From an uncultured Pontibacter sp. (GTDB lineage: Bacteria; Bacteroidota; Bacteroidia; Cytophagales; Hymenobacteraceae): a DNA stretch of 64,000 nucleotides. The DNA is taken from NCBI RefSeq assembly GCF_947499215.1, contig NZ_CANMNI010000001.1, positions 1,319,523-1,383,522 on the forward strand, given 5' to 3'. Shown in pieces: positions 26,022 to 35,161 of this stretch. The position numbers and the translations under genes were made by a program. The notes under the pieces were generated by a model that was given only the letters and a program-made list of their open reading frames with translations, did not search any database and was not told the origin of the DNA. Each line of letters begins with the position of its first letter. Positions within the stretch are counted from its first letter, which is position 1.

Positions 26022-26525
26022 ATGCAGGGTATAAACCTTAAACTTATCCTGTTGCACGGACTCGTGGTCCTGCTTTCATCCTATGCTTTCGTCGCGCTGG
26101 GCTACATTTTTGACACGCCGCTGGCAGAGCTATACTTGGAAACAGGGGACTTGAGTGCCTTTGAGGAAAGTGCCCTGCGCTACGAAGTGGATACAGAACG
26201 GATCGGCAAGCTCAAGCAGGTGCTTCAGTTTGCGCCTTTTGCTGGGGGCCTTTTCGGAGTGGTGCTGTCTTTCATCGCCATCAGGCGCAAGAAGCTGGCT
26301 TTACAGAACGCACTGGTTGTTTTAGGCCTAGCCATCCTTCTTGCACTTATCGGACTCTTAGACAATGAGATTATAAAAGGTATACTTTTTGCTCCCGGCA
26401 GGCTGGTTTCTGACTCAGTGGCAACTGTCTATACCTTGAACTACCTGCTTTTGCTGGGCCTCAGCTTTTGGCTGGCTTTTACGCGCAGGTTAATTCCCGA
26501 GGCGGACCGCAAAACCAAGGTATAG
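26022..26525 (+). CDS. hypothetical integral membrane protein
   Basis: 167-aa ORF with 4 predicted hydrophobic helices. Starts 2 nt after the M61 stop. Confidence 0.55.
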   Translation: MQGINLKLILLHGLVVLLSSYAFVALGYIFDTPLAELYLETGDLSAFEESALRYEVDTERIGKLKQVLQFAPFAGGLFGVVLSFIAIRRKKLALQNALVVLGLAILLALIGLLDNEIIKGILFAPGRLVSDSVATVYTLNYLLLLGLSFWLAFTRRLIPEADRKTKV

Positions 26526-26632
26526 CCCCCTGACAACAAAAGTGTTGCGTGCGCGTTTGCAAAAATAAGGCAAGCTTGTTTCAGAAGCGATTGTATCTTA
26601 ACTTAGTACGAAATCACTTAGACCGTTTTCAC

Positions 26633-27283
26633 GTGAAAATATTTTTAAGCACCATACTGACCTGCAGCCTGCTTTTTGCCGGTACTGCCATGGCGCAGTC
26701 GAACCAGAAAGCCAGTCTGGATGCGGCCCCTGCTCCTGCCATACAGGAGGCACCCGCACCTCAGGCTGAAAAAAAGTCTTCTATGCTGGAAATGCCGACA
26801 AACCGGATCAGCTATAGCTTATCGGCTGGAGCGAGCTTCGGCAGCGGTTTTGGCGCCACGTATCTGGAGCCTACCGTGCGTTACCAGCTCACACCGCGTC
26901 TGCGCGTGTTCAGCAGCCTGACCTATATGTCGGTGATGTCGTCTCAGTTCACCGTACCGACCGCTGAGGGCGGCACCATGCTGCAACGCACCAGCCCGAG
27001 CAACCATTACATAGCCCATGTGGGCGCTGACTATTTGGTAAACGACCGCCTGATTCTGAGCGGCAGCGTTTGGAAGGACTTTTCGAATGTTCCGGCCCAG
27101 AATGCAGCCTACATGAATTTCATGACGCCGGGCCGTCAGGGAATGGATTTCCGGGCGACCTATAAGATCACAGAACACTTCTCCGTGACGGGTGGCATGC
27201 GCTACTCTAATGGTGCCTCACCTTTTTACGGACCTTTCCATCACCCGGTCTCTGTGGGCAGAAGCGGCGGTTTTTGGTATTAG
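26633..27283 (+). CDS. hypothetical secreted / outer-membrane beta-barrel-like protein
   Basis: ORF 26549-27283. A GTG at 26633 gives the signal peptide (V)KIFLSTILTCSLLFAGTAMAQ. Alternating beta-strand-like pattern with a C-terminal aromatic residue. Confidence 0.5.
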   Translation: MKIFLSTILTCSLLFAGTAMAQSNQKASLDAAPAPAIQEAPAPQAEKKSSMLEMPTNRISYSLSAGASFGSGFGATYLEPTVRYQLTPRLRVFSSLTYMSVMSSQFTVPTAEGGTMLQRTSPSNHYIAHVGADYLVNDRLILSGSVWKDFSNVPAQNAAYMNFMTPGRQGMDFRATYKITEHFSVTGGMRYSNGASPFYGPFHHPVSVGRSGGFWY

Positions 27284-27317
27284 CGATTTAAAGAATTAGA
27301 ACTTAGAAGTAATGCGA

Positions 27318-27479
27318 AAACTGTCCCCTTGAGGGGACCATAGGGGTGTAAATTCGGAGTTAAATTGCCAATAGTTGGCAATTTCTAAATTCACCCGCAA
27401 CTGTAAACACCCCTCTGCGCTCCCCTCAAGGGGAGAATTCGCAAGAATGTAACGACCCTGCCCCTGAGAGGACAGTTTC
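27318..27479. repeat. cluster of family-A palindromic repeat units plus a 9-bp-stem hairpin
   Basis: Units at 27318-27350, 27407-27439 (inverted) and a degenerate one at 27456-27479. Perfect hairpin aaattgcca-atagt-tggcaattt at 27362-27384. Confidence 0.8.
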
Positions 27480-27532
27480 AATTAAAGATCAAATGGGGAA
27501 TCACTCACCAACTTGCATAAGTTAAGAATTCA

Positions 27533-27567
27533 AAAGCGTCTTTTCTAAACAGAGAAGGCGCTTTTTT
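27533..27567 (+). terminator. possible rho-independent terminator (imperfect stem)
   Basis: aagcgtcttttc...agaaggcgctttttt has two stem mismatches and is followed by a T-run. Confidence 0.4.
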
Positions 27568-27663
27568 ATAGCTGAAACTTCACTTTTATCGATTTTCGAA
27601 ATACTCTTCAACTTTAAAACGCGTTAAGCTGTTTATATTTATTAGAACAACCCGAATCAGATT

Positions 27664-28680
27664 TTGACGCAGAAGAGTAACAAAGTACGGCATCTAAAGA
27701 ATGAGCGGCTAGAGGTGGTAAAGCCTGATTTCCGCGGCAACAAGACCATCGATGGGCAGTTTGCGAACGGCACTGAGCTGTATACCCCTACGTTCAGCAA
27801 GGTGATCCGCTGGAAAACAACCCGCAACCCGCAGCGAGAGGAGAAAAAAGCCGATAACTACACACCGCCCATCTTATACGGCACAGATTTTCTCCATTCA
27901 TCCGAAGACATGGTGGTTTGGCTCGGGCACGCCACGTTCCTGATCCGGGTGGGCGGCCTCACCATGATCACTGACCCGGTGCTCTATGACCTGCCCATGA
28001 TCAAACGCCGCATCGGTCTGCCCTGCGCTCCGGAGCAACTTACAGGTATAGACCTCGTGCTGCTTTCGCACGGCCACCGCGATCACCTCGACGAAAGGTC
28101 CCTTAAAACCTTATACCGCCAAAATCCCGATCTGAAGGCGCTGGCTCCTTTGCATGCCGGCAATCTGCTGCGCAGCGCCGAGCCGCAGCTGCCATACCAA
28201 GAAGCGGGCTGGTACCAGAAATTCGACTTGACACCGGCAGGTATAGAGATTTATTTTCTGCCGGCCTCGCACTGGCACCGTCGTGGGTTACTTGATATGA
28301 ACAAGGTGCTTTGGGGAAGCTTCCTGATCAAAACACCCACTATGCAGCTTTACTTTGCCGGTGACACAGGCTACAATGGCCACTTTGAGGAGATAGAGGA
28401 GCTATTTGGTCCTATGGATGTGTGCCTGATGCCAGTAGGTGCCTACCGTCCGAGTTTTCTGATGCAGAAGAGTCACCTGAATCCGCATGAAGCGGTGCGG
28501 GCCTACAATGTGCTGCGGGGCGGCACTTTCATACCGATGCACTACGGTACCTTCGACTTGTCGGACGAGCCGCCTAGTGAGCCTGTGCGCTTGCTGGAGC
28601 AGATTGCCGCCTCGGGCGTGATGCGGGGCCTGCGTATACCTGCCATTGGGGAACCGGTGCTGCTGCGGGAATTGCTATAG
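27664..28680 (+). CDS. MBL-fold metallo-hydrolase (NAPE-PLD-like subgroup)
   Basis: 338-aa ORF with the SHGHRDHLD metal-binding motif. There is no upstream in-frame ATG, so the start codon (TTG 27664 or GTG 27715) is uncertain. Confidence 0.8.
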   Translation: MTQKSNKVRHLKNERLEVVKPDFRGNKTIDGQFANGTELYTPTFSKVIRWKTTRNPQREEKKADNYTPPILYGTDFLHSSEDMVVWLGHATFLIRVGGLTMITDPVLYDLPMIKRRIGLPCAPEQLTGIDLVLLSHGHRDHLDERSLKTLYRQNPDLKALAPLHAGNLLRSAEPQLPYQEAGWYQKFDLTPAGIEIYFLPASHWHRRGLLDMNKVLWGSFLIKTPTMQLYFAGDTGYNGHFEEIEELFGPMDVCLMPVGAYRPSFLMQKSHLNPHEAVRAYNVLRGGTFIPMHYGTFDLSDEPPSEPVRLLEQIAASGVMRGLRIPAIGEPVLLRELL

Positions 28681-28732
28681 CCCAAAAACCGGCGGGCTGT
28701 ACTATATTTGCAGCTTCACGACGGCAACCCAC

Positions 28733-30193
28733 ATGTCTGCAACGCTTATCATCAGCCTGATCATAGGCTATTTCGGCATCCTTATCCTCATCTCTTTCCT
28801 CACGGGCAAGAGCACCGATTCCGACACTTTCTTTCTGGCCAACCGCAAATCGCCTTGGTATGTGGTGGCATTCGGTATGATCGGTGCAACACTCTCGGGA
28901 GTGACCTTTGTGTCGGTGCCGGGCATGGTGCGCGACCTGCAGTTTACCTACATGCAGCTGGTGCTGGGTTATCTGGCGGGCTACATGGTTATTGCCACAG
29001 TACTATTGCCGCTCTATTACCGACTCAATTTAGTCTCCATCTATACCTATCTGGACCAACGCTTCGGTTTCTGGTCCTATAAAACAGGCGCGGCTTTCTT
29101 TCTCCTTTCCCGCACCTTGGGCTCAGCCATTCGCCTCTTTCTGGTAGCCAGTGTACTGCAGTTGGCGGTGTTTAACGAAATGGGCATCCCTTTCGCGGTG
29201 ACGGTAGGCATTACAATTCTACTGATCTGGGCCTATACCTTCCGTGGGGGTATGAAAACCATTATTTGGACCGACACTTTCCAGACCACGGCCATGCTCT
29301 TGGCGGTAGGCATCAGTATCTGGGTGGTTTCAGATGAACTGAATTTCGGCTTTCAGGGGATGGTGGAGACGATATCAGCCAGTGAGTATGGTAACGTGTT
29401 TAACTGGGAGTATAAGGAGAACACCTATTTCCTGAAGCAATTCTTCTCGGGCGCCTTTATCACAATCGTGATGACGGGCCTCGATCAGGACATGATGCAG
29501 AAGAACCTGAGCTGTAAAAACATCGGGGAGGCGCAGAAAAACATGTTCTGGTTCAGTGTGATACTGGTGGTCGTGAATGTAATGTTCCTTTCACTGGGTG
29601 CCTTGCTATACCTGTATGCTTCCTCCAAAGGTATAGCGCTGCCTGACCGTGGCGACGATGTTTTCCCGTTTCTGGCGCTGAACCACTTCCCGGCAGTGGT
29701 AGGCATTGCGTTTATCTTGGGCATCATTGCCATCGCCTACGCCTCTGCCGACTCCGCCCTTACCTCGCTCACCACTTCCTTCTGCGTGGACTTCCTCAAC
29801 TTTAAAGAGCGTAGCGAGCACGAGCGGGTACGTCTGCGCTATATCGTACACATTGGCTTTTCGGTGGTGATGATGCTCGTGATCCTGCTCATGAACGAAA
29901 TCAACAGTCAAAGCCTTATCTCAACCTTGCTGCAAGTGGCGGGCTATACCTATGGTCCGCTGCTAGGGCTCTATACCTTCGGCCTCTATACTCGCCGCCA
30001 AGTGCGCGACCGCTTTGTCCCAGCCATCTGCCTTGTAGCCCCCATGCTCACCTACCTCATTAGCGCCAACTCCGTCGAATGGTTCTATGGCTACCAGTTC
30101 GGCTTTGAGGTGCTGATTTTGAATGGGTTTTTGACATTCTTGGGATTGTGGGCTATCTCTGTGAAGGATACGCCGCTGCCGGAGTTAGATTAA
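28733..30193 (+). CDS. sodium:solute symporter (SSS family)
   Basis: Start set at ATG 28733 (MSATLIISLIIGYFG...). About 13 hydrophobic helices with SSF-like segments (FFLANRKSPWYVVAFGMIGATLSGVTFVSVPG). Confidence 0.85.
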   Translation: MSATLIISLIIGYFGILILISFLTGKSTDSDTFFLANRKSPWYVVAFGMIGATLSGVTFVSVPGMVRDLQFTYMQLVLGYLAGYMVIATVLLPLYYRLNLVSIYTYLDQRFGFWSYKTGAAFFLLSRTLGSAIRLFLVASVLQLAVFNEMGIPFAVTVGITILLIWAYTFRGGMKTIIWTDTFQTTAMLLAVGISIWVVSDELNFGFQGMVETISASEYGNVFNWEYKENTYFLKQFFSGAFITIVMTGLDQDMMQKNLSCKNIGEAQKNMFWFSVILVVVNVMFLSLGALLYLYASSKGIALPDRGDDVFPFLALNHFPAVVGIAFILGIIAIAYASADSALTSLTTSFCVDFLNFKERSEHERVRLRYIVHIGFSVVMMLVILLMNEINSQSLISTLLQVAGYTYGPLLGLYTFGLYTRRQVRDRFVPAICLVAPMLTYLISANSVEWFYGYQFGFEVLILNGFLTFLGLWAISVKDTPLPELD

Positions 30194-30241
30194 TGATATC
30201 TGTCACCACGCAAATAGGACGGCTATATCCCATACTTTACT

Positions 30242-30249
30242 TACCTTTG
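30242..30249 (+). promoter_or_regulatory. candidate -7 promoter box TACCTTTG
   Basis: TAnnTTTG match about 120 bp upstream of the ABC transporter start. Confidence 0.3.
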
Positions 30250-30366
30250 TAAGATTTTTCGGGTACGTGGCATTTTTAGCATGCATTAGCTGTTATACCT
30301 GCACATCTCGGGCCAATGCAGTGATCACCTGTGGTTGGCACATATTATTAAGTATAGATTTCATTA

Positions 30367-32169
30367 ATGGCAAAACGCGGAATCGGGCTAAACGACAGCA
30401 CGCAGGAGAAAGAAGGCAGAAAGAAGATCAGCAAAGAGAGCTTTCGTCGCGGCATCAGGATTTTTAGCTACGTACTACCCTACAAGTTTAAATTCCTCAT
30501 CGGTCTGGGCTTTCTGGTGCTCTCCAGCCTGACTTTCATGATTTTCCCGTATCTGGTGGGCAAGCTCTTCAATGAGTCTGAGAACGAGATGATCAATATG
30601 TATGCGCTGGGCCTGCTGGCAGTGATCTTGTTTCAGGGTATTTTCTCCTTTTTCAGGGTATACTTTTTTGCTCAAGTCAGCGAGAACGCCGTAGCAAACA
30701 TCCGCCGAGACCTTTACAGCAAATTCGTACAGCTACCGATATCCTTCTACGAAAAAAGACGCGTAGGCGAGATTACAAGCCGCATTACTACTGATGTGGC
30801 GCAGGTGCAGGATGCCATGTCCATCACCTTGGCCGAACTTTTCCGTCAGGTTACGACACTCATTGTCGGCGTAGCCCTCATCATGTGGATCTCCATCAAG
30901 CTATCTCTGTTTATGCTGGCCACCTTCCCGGTGCTGGTAATACTGGCTATGATTTTTGGCCGTCGCATTAAGAAGCTCTCCAAAAAGACGCAAGACGAAC
31001 TGGCAAACACTAACGTGATCGTGGAGGAAACACTTCAGGCGATCAACACCGTGAAAGCTTTTACGAACGAAATGTTTGAAGTTGCCCGTTACCGCACCAC
31101 ACTGGCCAAGGCGGTGCGCACGGCTATTGCCACAGCAAATTACCGGGGCGCTTTCATCACATTTATCATTGTGGGCTTGTTCGGCGGTATCATTCTCGTG
31201 ATCTGGTATGGCGCGACGTTGGTTGCCAACGGAGAGATCGAACGTGACAGCTTTGTTTCTTTTGTGCTCTATACTGTGTTCATTGGTGCCTCAGTAGGTG
31301 GTTTGGGTGATCTTTACGGCAAAATACAGACAGCCTTGGGTGCTACGGAGCGCATACAGGAGATACTGGCAGAAACAGAAGAGCCAACTGACAAGAGTCA
31401 GCGTCCGCTGAGCGAGATTAGACGTGTTCGCGGCGATATAAGCTACCACCAAGTGGCCTTCTCCTACCCTACCCGCCCGGACATTCAGGTGCTCCGCGAC
31501 ATCAACTTCAGCATCAACTCGGGCGAGAAGATCGCGGTGGTGGGTCCAAGCGGTGCGGGTAAGTCAACTATTGTGCAGCTACTGCTTCGTCTCTACGACG
31601 TGAGACATGGCAGCATCACTGTCGATGGGCAAGACATCCGTAACATGAGCCTGACCGAGTTGCGTGCCAATGTGGGCATCGTGCCGCAGGAAGTATTGCT
31701 GTTCGGCGGTTCCATCCGGGAAAACATTGCTTACGGCCGTCCAGAGGCTACAGAAGAAGAGATTATCATGGCGGCCCGCAAAGCCAATGCCTACGACTTT
31801 ATCATGACCTTCCCGGAAGGACTGGATACACTAGTTGGCGAGCGTGGCATCAAGCTTTCCGGTGGTCAGCGCCAGCGCGTGGCCATTGCCAGAGCCATCC
31901 TGAAAAACCCGGCCATCCTCGTGCTTGACGAGGCTACCAGTTCTCTTGACTCAGAATCAGAGCACTTAGTGCAACAGGCCATGGATGAGTTGATGAAGAA
32001 CAGGACTACCATCGTGATCGCACACCGTCTGGCAACTATCCGCAAGGTAGATAAGATTCTGGTGATCGATGGTGGTGAGATTGTAGAGGAGGGTCCACAT
32101 GAAGTGCTGTCGCTCAACGATAATGGCATCTATGCTAATCTGCTCAGGCTGCAGTTCGAGATGAGTTAA
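30367..32169 (+). CDS. ABC transporter permease/ATPase fusion (MsbA-like exporter)
   Basis: 600-aa ORF with 6 N-terminal transmembrane helices, Walker A GPSGAGKST, signature LSGGQRQR and Walker B ILVLDEATS. Confidence 0.9.
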   Translation: MAKRGIGLNDSTQEKEGRKKISKESFRRGIRIFSYVLPYKFKFLIGLGFLVLSSLTFMIFPYLVGKLFNESENEMINMYALGLLAVILFQGIFSFFRVYFFAQVSENAVANIRRDLYSKFVQLPISFYEKRRVGEITSRITTDVAQVQDAMSITLAELFRQVTTLIVGVALIMWISIKLSLFMLATFPVLVILAMIFGRRIKKLSKKTQDELANTNVIVEETLQAINTVKAFTNEMFEVARYRTTLAKAVRTAIATANYRGAFITFIIVGLFGGIILVIWYGATLVANGEIERDSFVSFVLYTVFIGASVGGLGDLYGKIQTALGATERIQEILAETEEPTDKSQRPLSEIRRVRGDISYHQVAFSYPTRPDIQVLRDINFSINSGEKIAVVGPSGAGKSTIVQLLLRLYDVRHGSITVDGQDIRNMSLTELRANVGIVPQEVLLFGGSIRENIAYGRPEATEEEIIMAARKANAYDFIMTFPEGLDTLVGERGIKLSGGQRQRVAIARAILKNPAILVLDEATSSLDSESEHLVQQAMDELMKNRTTIVIAHRLATIRKVDKILVIDGGEIVEEGPHEVLSLNDNGIYANLLRLQFEMS

Positions 32170-32192
32170 GATTTAAATCTTTAAGGTATAGG

Positions 32193-32230
32193 AGCCCTGT
32201 TGGAGTTTAACTAACAGGGCTTTTTGTTTT
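32193..32230 (+). terminator. rho-independent terminator
   Basis: agccctgtt...aacagggct stem followed by tttttgtttt. Confidence 0.75.
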
Positions 32231-32326
32231 AAGGTCTAGCCTTAATTCAGTATTCATATATCCTAATAAATCACTAATTTGCAAGGCAATAGTTTATACC
32301 TGTACCAGACGCTTCTAAACTTTTCT

Positions 32327-32851
32327 ATGCACTTTACCAGCGCTTTTACCCGAAGCCTCTTAGTTTTCTTTCTGCTCTTACTTGGCTTCTCGGCTTCTGC
32401 CCAGACCTACCGCGACTCATTTAGGGCGCGCAATGCGGTGTATGGAGAGCTCGGCGGCAATGGCGACTTTCTTTCTGTCAACTACGACCGCATTGTTTAC
32501 CAGAAGTCCATGGTGAAGGCTGCGCTCCGGATAGGCATTACCACTAACGCTTTCTTTACGGCTGAGGAGTCTGGCGTATACCCCGTTATACCGGTAGAGG
32601 CGCTCGGCATCATTGGCCGTTACCAGAAGCACTTTGAGTTCGGACTCGGCTATACCCGCCGATTCACGAATGACCCCGATCTGTTACAAAACCTGTACTT
32701 TAGCCGTATAGGGTTTCGGTACCAGCAACCAACAGGCGGACTTGTGGTGCGAGTTGGCTTTACACCGTTCCTGTCTACGGAGAGTAATCCGAGGAGACCT
32801 GGAGCGGCAATTATACCGCGTTTCGGGTTGAGTGTGGGGTACAGCTTTTAG
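32327..32851 (+). CDS. hypothetical secreted protein
   Basis: Start set at ATG 32327, which gives the signal peptide MHFTSAFTRSLLVFFLLLLGFSASAQ. Beta-rich composition ending in ...GYSF. Confidence 0.5.
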   Translation: MHFTSAFTRSLLVFFLLLLGFSASAQTYRDSFRARNAVYGELGGNGDFLSVNYDRIVYQKSMVKAALRIGITTNAFFTAEESGVYPVIPVEALGIIGRYQKHFEFGLGYTRRFTNDPDLLQNLYFSRIGFRYQQPTGGLVVRVGFTPFLSTESNPRRPGAAIIPRFGLSVGYSF

Positions 32852-32953
32852 TTCGTCGAAAACAAATGGCCATCCGGATGGTTAGGCTATCTGCAAGCAT
32901 AAATTTTAGTATTTTCAAGACTCAAAACTTAAACAAAACATAAATATAAAACC

Positions 32954-33835
32954 ATGAAAAAGATTTTATTCAGCATGATGCTGTCGGCGGCGCTGCTAGG
33001 CGGCACAGCCATAACAGTTCAGGCCCAGCAACAGGGTATTGCCATGCCGGCCGCCAGCCCAATGGCCACCGTAACGCAGAAAGTTGGCCTTTCGGATGTA
33101 AAAGTTGAGTACTCACGCCCTTCTATGAAAGGCCGCTCCATCTTTGGTGGCGACGTGGTACCTAACGGAAAGCTATGGCGCACCGGAGCAAATGCCTCTA
33201 CTAAGATTACGTTTGGGGAGGATGTGACCATCCAAGGCAACAAGATTCCAGCTGGTGAGTACGCGCTCTACACTATTCCGAACCAGAACGAGTGGACGAT
33301 CATCATCCACAAAAACACCAAGCACTGGGGTGATGGCGGACAGGCATACAAGCAGGAAGAAGATCAGGCCCGCTTTACGGTAAAGCCACAGACTAACCCA
33401 AGAACCGTAGAGACTTTTACGATCAACTTCGCCAACTTGAAGGCCAACAGTGCTGATCTTGAGATCCTGTGGGACAAGACCGTCGCCAGCTTTACCATCG
33501 AAGCCGACGTGGACAGCAAAGTGATGGCCCAGATTCAGGAGCGTGTTGTGAATGGCAAGGAAGTACCAGCCGGACTGTATGCACAGGCGGCCAGCTACTA
33601 CTACGACAACGATAAAGACATGAAGCAGGCGTTGGAGTGGATCAAGAAAGCCAATGCCAACGACCCTAAATTCTGGCACTTGCACACACAGGCTAAGATT
33701 CAGGCTAAGATGAAAGACTACAAAGGCGCCGTGAAAACCGCTGAGCAGTCGATGGCGATGGCCAAGAAGGAAAACAATGCCGACTATGTGCGTATGAATG
33801 AAAAAGCCATAGCCGAGTGGAAGAAAATGAAGTAG
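32954..33835 (+). CDS. DUF2911 domain protein with C-terminal TPR-like helices
   Basis: 293-aa ORF with a signal peptide, then SP.A.V.QKVGLSDVKVEYSRPSMKGRSIFGG.VP.GKLWRTGAN, typical of DUF2911. Confidence 0.7.
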   Translation: MKKILFSMMLSAALLGGTAITVQAQQQGIAMPAASPMATVTQKVGLSDVKVEYSRPSMKGRSIFGGDVVPNGKLWRTGANASTKITFGEDVTIQGNKIPAGEYALYTIPNQNEWTIIIHKNTKHWGDGGQAYKQEEDQARFTVKPQTNPRTVETFTINFANLKANSADLEILWDKTVASFTIEADVDSKVMAQIQERVVNGKEVPAGLYAQAASYYYDNDKDMKQALEWIKKANANDPKFWHLHTQAKIQAKMKDYKGAVKTAEQSMAMAKKENNADYVRMNEKAIAEWKKMK

Positions 33836-33858
33836 GCCATACCTGCCTGCTCTTTACC

Positions 33859-33892
33859 GAAAGCCTCTGCTCTGGCAGGGGCTTTCCTTTTT
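33859..33892 (+). terminator. rho-independent terminator
   Basis: gaaagcctctgc-tctg-gcaggggctttc stem followed by a T-run. Confidence 0.7.
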
Positions 33893-33950
33893 AACAATAT
33901 TGAGGGTGAAAACCCAGCCTCCTAATAGGCAGGGCTGTTAAATTCTAGCA

Positions 33951-33984
33951 AAAACTATCCCCTCGAGGGGATTGTAGGGGTGTA
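33951..33984. repeat. single family-A palindromic repeat unit
   Basis: aaaactatcccctcgaggggattgtaggggtgta. Confidence 0.8.
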
Positions 33985-34008
33985 AGGCCAATAATGTGAG
34001 ACTTCTTC

Positions 34009-34091
34009 TGTCATTTCGACCTTTGGGAGAAATCTGAAGAAGAGCTGGTGTATTGAAAGAATCCAGATCTCTCATTCCATTCGAGATGACA
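34009..34091. repeat. 83-bp MITE-like inverted-repeat element with ends related to the GIY-YIG cassette TIRs
   Basis: The left arm is tgtcatttcgacctttgggagaaatctg. The reverse complement of the right arm is tgtcatctcgaatggaatgagagatctg. Both match the tgtcatttcgaa...gagaaatctg ends at 23041/23458. There is no ORF inside. Confidence 0.7.
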
Positions 34092-34175
34092 AAAAGGACA
34101 GGATACCCTAAATTGACGGCATTGGGGTTTGGTGGTGGGTTAATTTCCTGATAAATATTTAATACATAATACATA

Positions 34176-35093
34176 TTGGAAGAGAAAAAACATTCAGAAG
34201 ACCACTTGGGTCCGGCCCGCGAATACTGGTGGAACGACGATTATCTAGAGTTGCTAGCCCACCGGCTGCACTTGGACTATACCGGCACGCTGGTGGATAT
34301 AGGTTGCGGCAAGGGTATGATGGGCTTCATGTTTTCGCGGCACCTGCCTCCGGGCGCCAAGGTATACGGCGTCGATTTTGAGCCGGAATACATTGAGGAA
34401 GCCAAGCAAAAGGCCCAAAGCATCTACCTGCATAACGACATCAGCTATGACTTTCGGGTGGGCAACGCTTCTAATATTCCCCTGCCCGACAACTTGGCTG
34501 ACATTACTCTTTGCCAGACCCTGTTGATCCATGTGAAAGATCCGAAGCAGGTCATCAACGAAATGATCCGGATCACGAAACCCGGCGGCTGGGTGCTGGC
34601 GCTGGAGCCAAACAATCTCGTACCTAACCTGATGTTCGACCGCTACGGAGAAACTGACTTTGACGTGGAGAGCACCCTCGAAGTGCTAGAGATAAAACTG
34701 CGCATTGAGAAAGGCAAAAAACGACTCGGCGAGGGTTTCAATTCACTGGGCGATGTTATACCTGACCTCTTCCTGAAAGCCGGGCTCGAAAACCTCAAGG
34801 TATGGATCTCAGATAAAGCCCTCTCCATCATTCCGCCCTACGACACGCAGGAGAAAATGCTGCGCGTAGAACAGATGCTGCAGTGGATCGACTCCGACTC
34901 GATGGGCTACGACTATCAGGACAACCTGAACTACTTCATGGCTGGCGGTGGCGACAAAGACAAGTTCGACGCCTATTGGCAGCGACTGCTTTACAACAAG
35001 ATTGCCCTCAAGCAGCGGCTCCTGAACGAAGAGTACGTGTCGGCGGGTGGCAGTCTGGTGTATATTGTGGCAGGGCAGAAGCCACGGTATTAA
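34176..35093 (+). CDS. class I SAM-dependent methyltransferase
   Basis: 305-aa ORF with LVDIGCGKG motif I. No in-frame ATG upstream of the domain, so TTG 34176 (from the track) is used. Confidence 0.75.
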   Translation: MEEKKHSEDHLGPAREYWWNDDYLELLAHRLHLDYTGTLVDIGCGKGMMGFMFSRHLPPGAKVYGVDFEPEYIEEAKQKAQSIYLHNDISYDFRVGNASNIPLPDNLADITLCQTLLIHVKDPKQVINEMIRITKPGGWVLALEPNNLVPNLMFDRYGETDFDVESTLEVLEIKLRIEKGKKRLGEGFNSLGDVIPDLFLKAGLENLKVWISDKALSIIPPYDTQEKMLRVEQMLQWIDSDSMGYDYQDNLNYFMAGGGDKDKFDAYWQRLLYNKIALKQRLLNEEYVSAGGSLVYIVAGQKPRY

Positions 35094-35161
35094 TATTTAT
35101 GGTGCGAGTTGAAGATCCCGTACTCGATTCGGGGCTTCCTCGCTTGCACTATAAATATTCG

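Noticed and set aside
33938-34174. 78-aa minus-strand ORF.
   Set aside because: It is a read-through of the family-A repeat and the hairpin MITE (…NPLEGIVFARI, …SNGMRDLDSF…). Repeats of this kind commonly create spurious ORFs.
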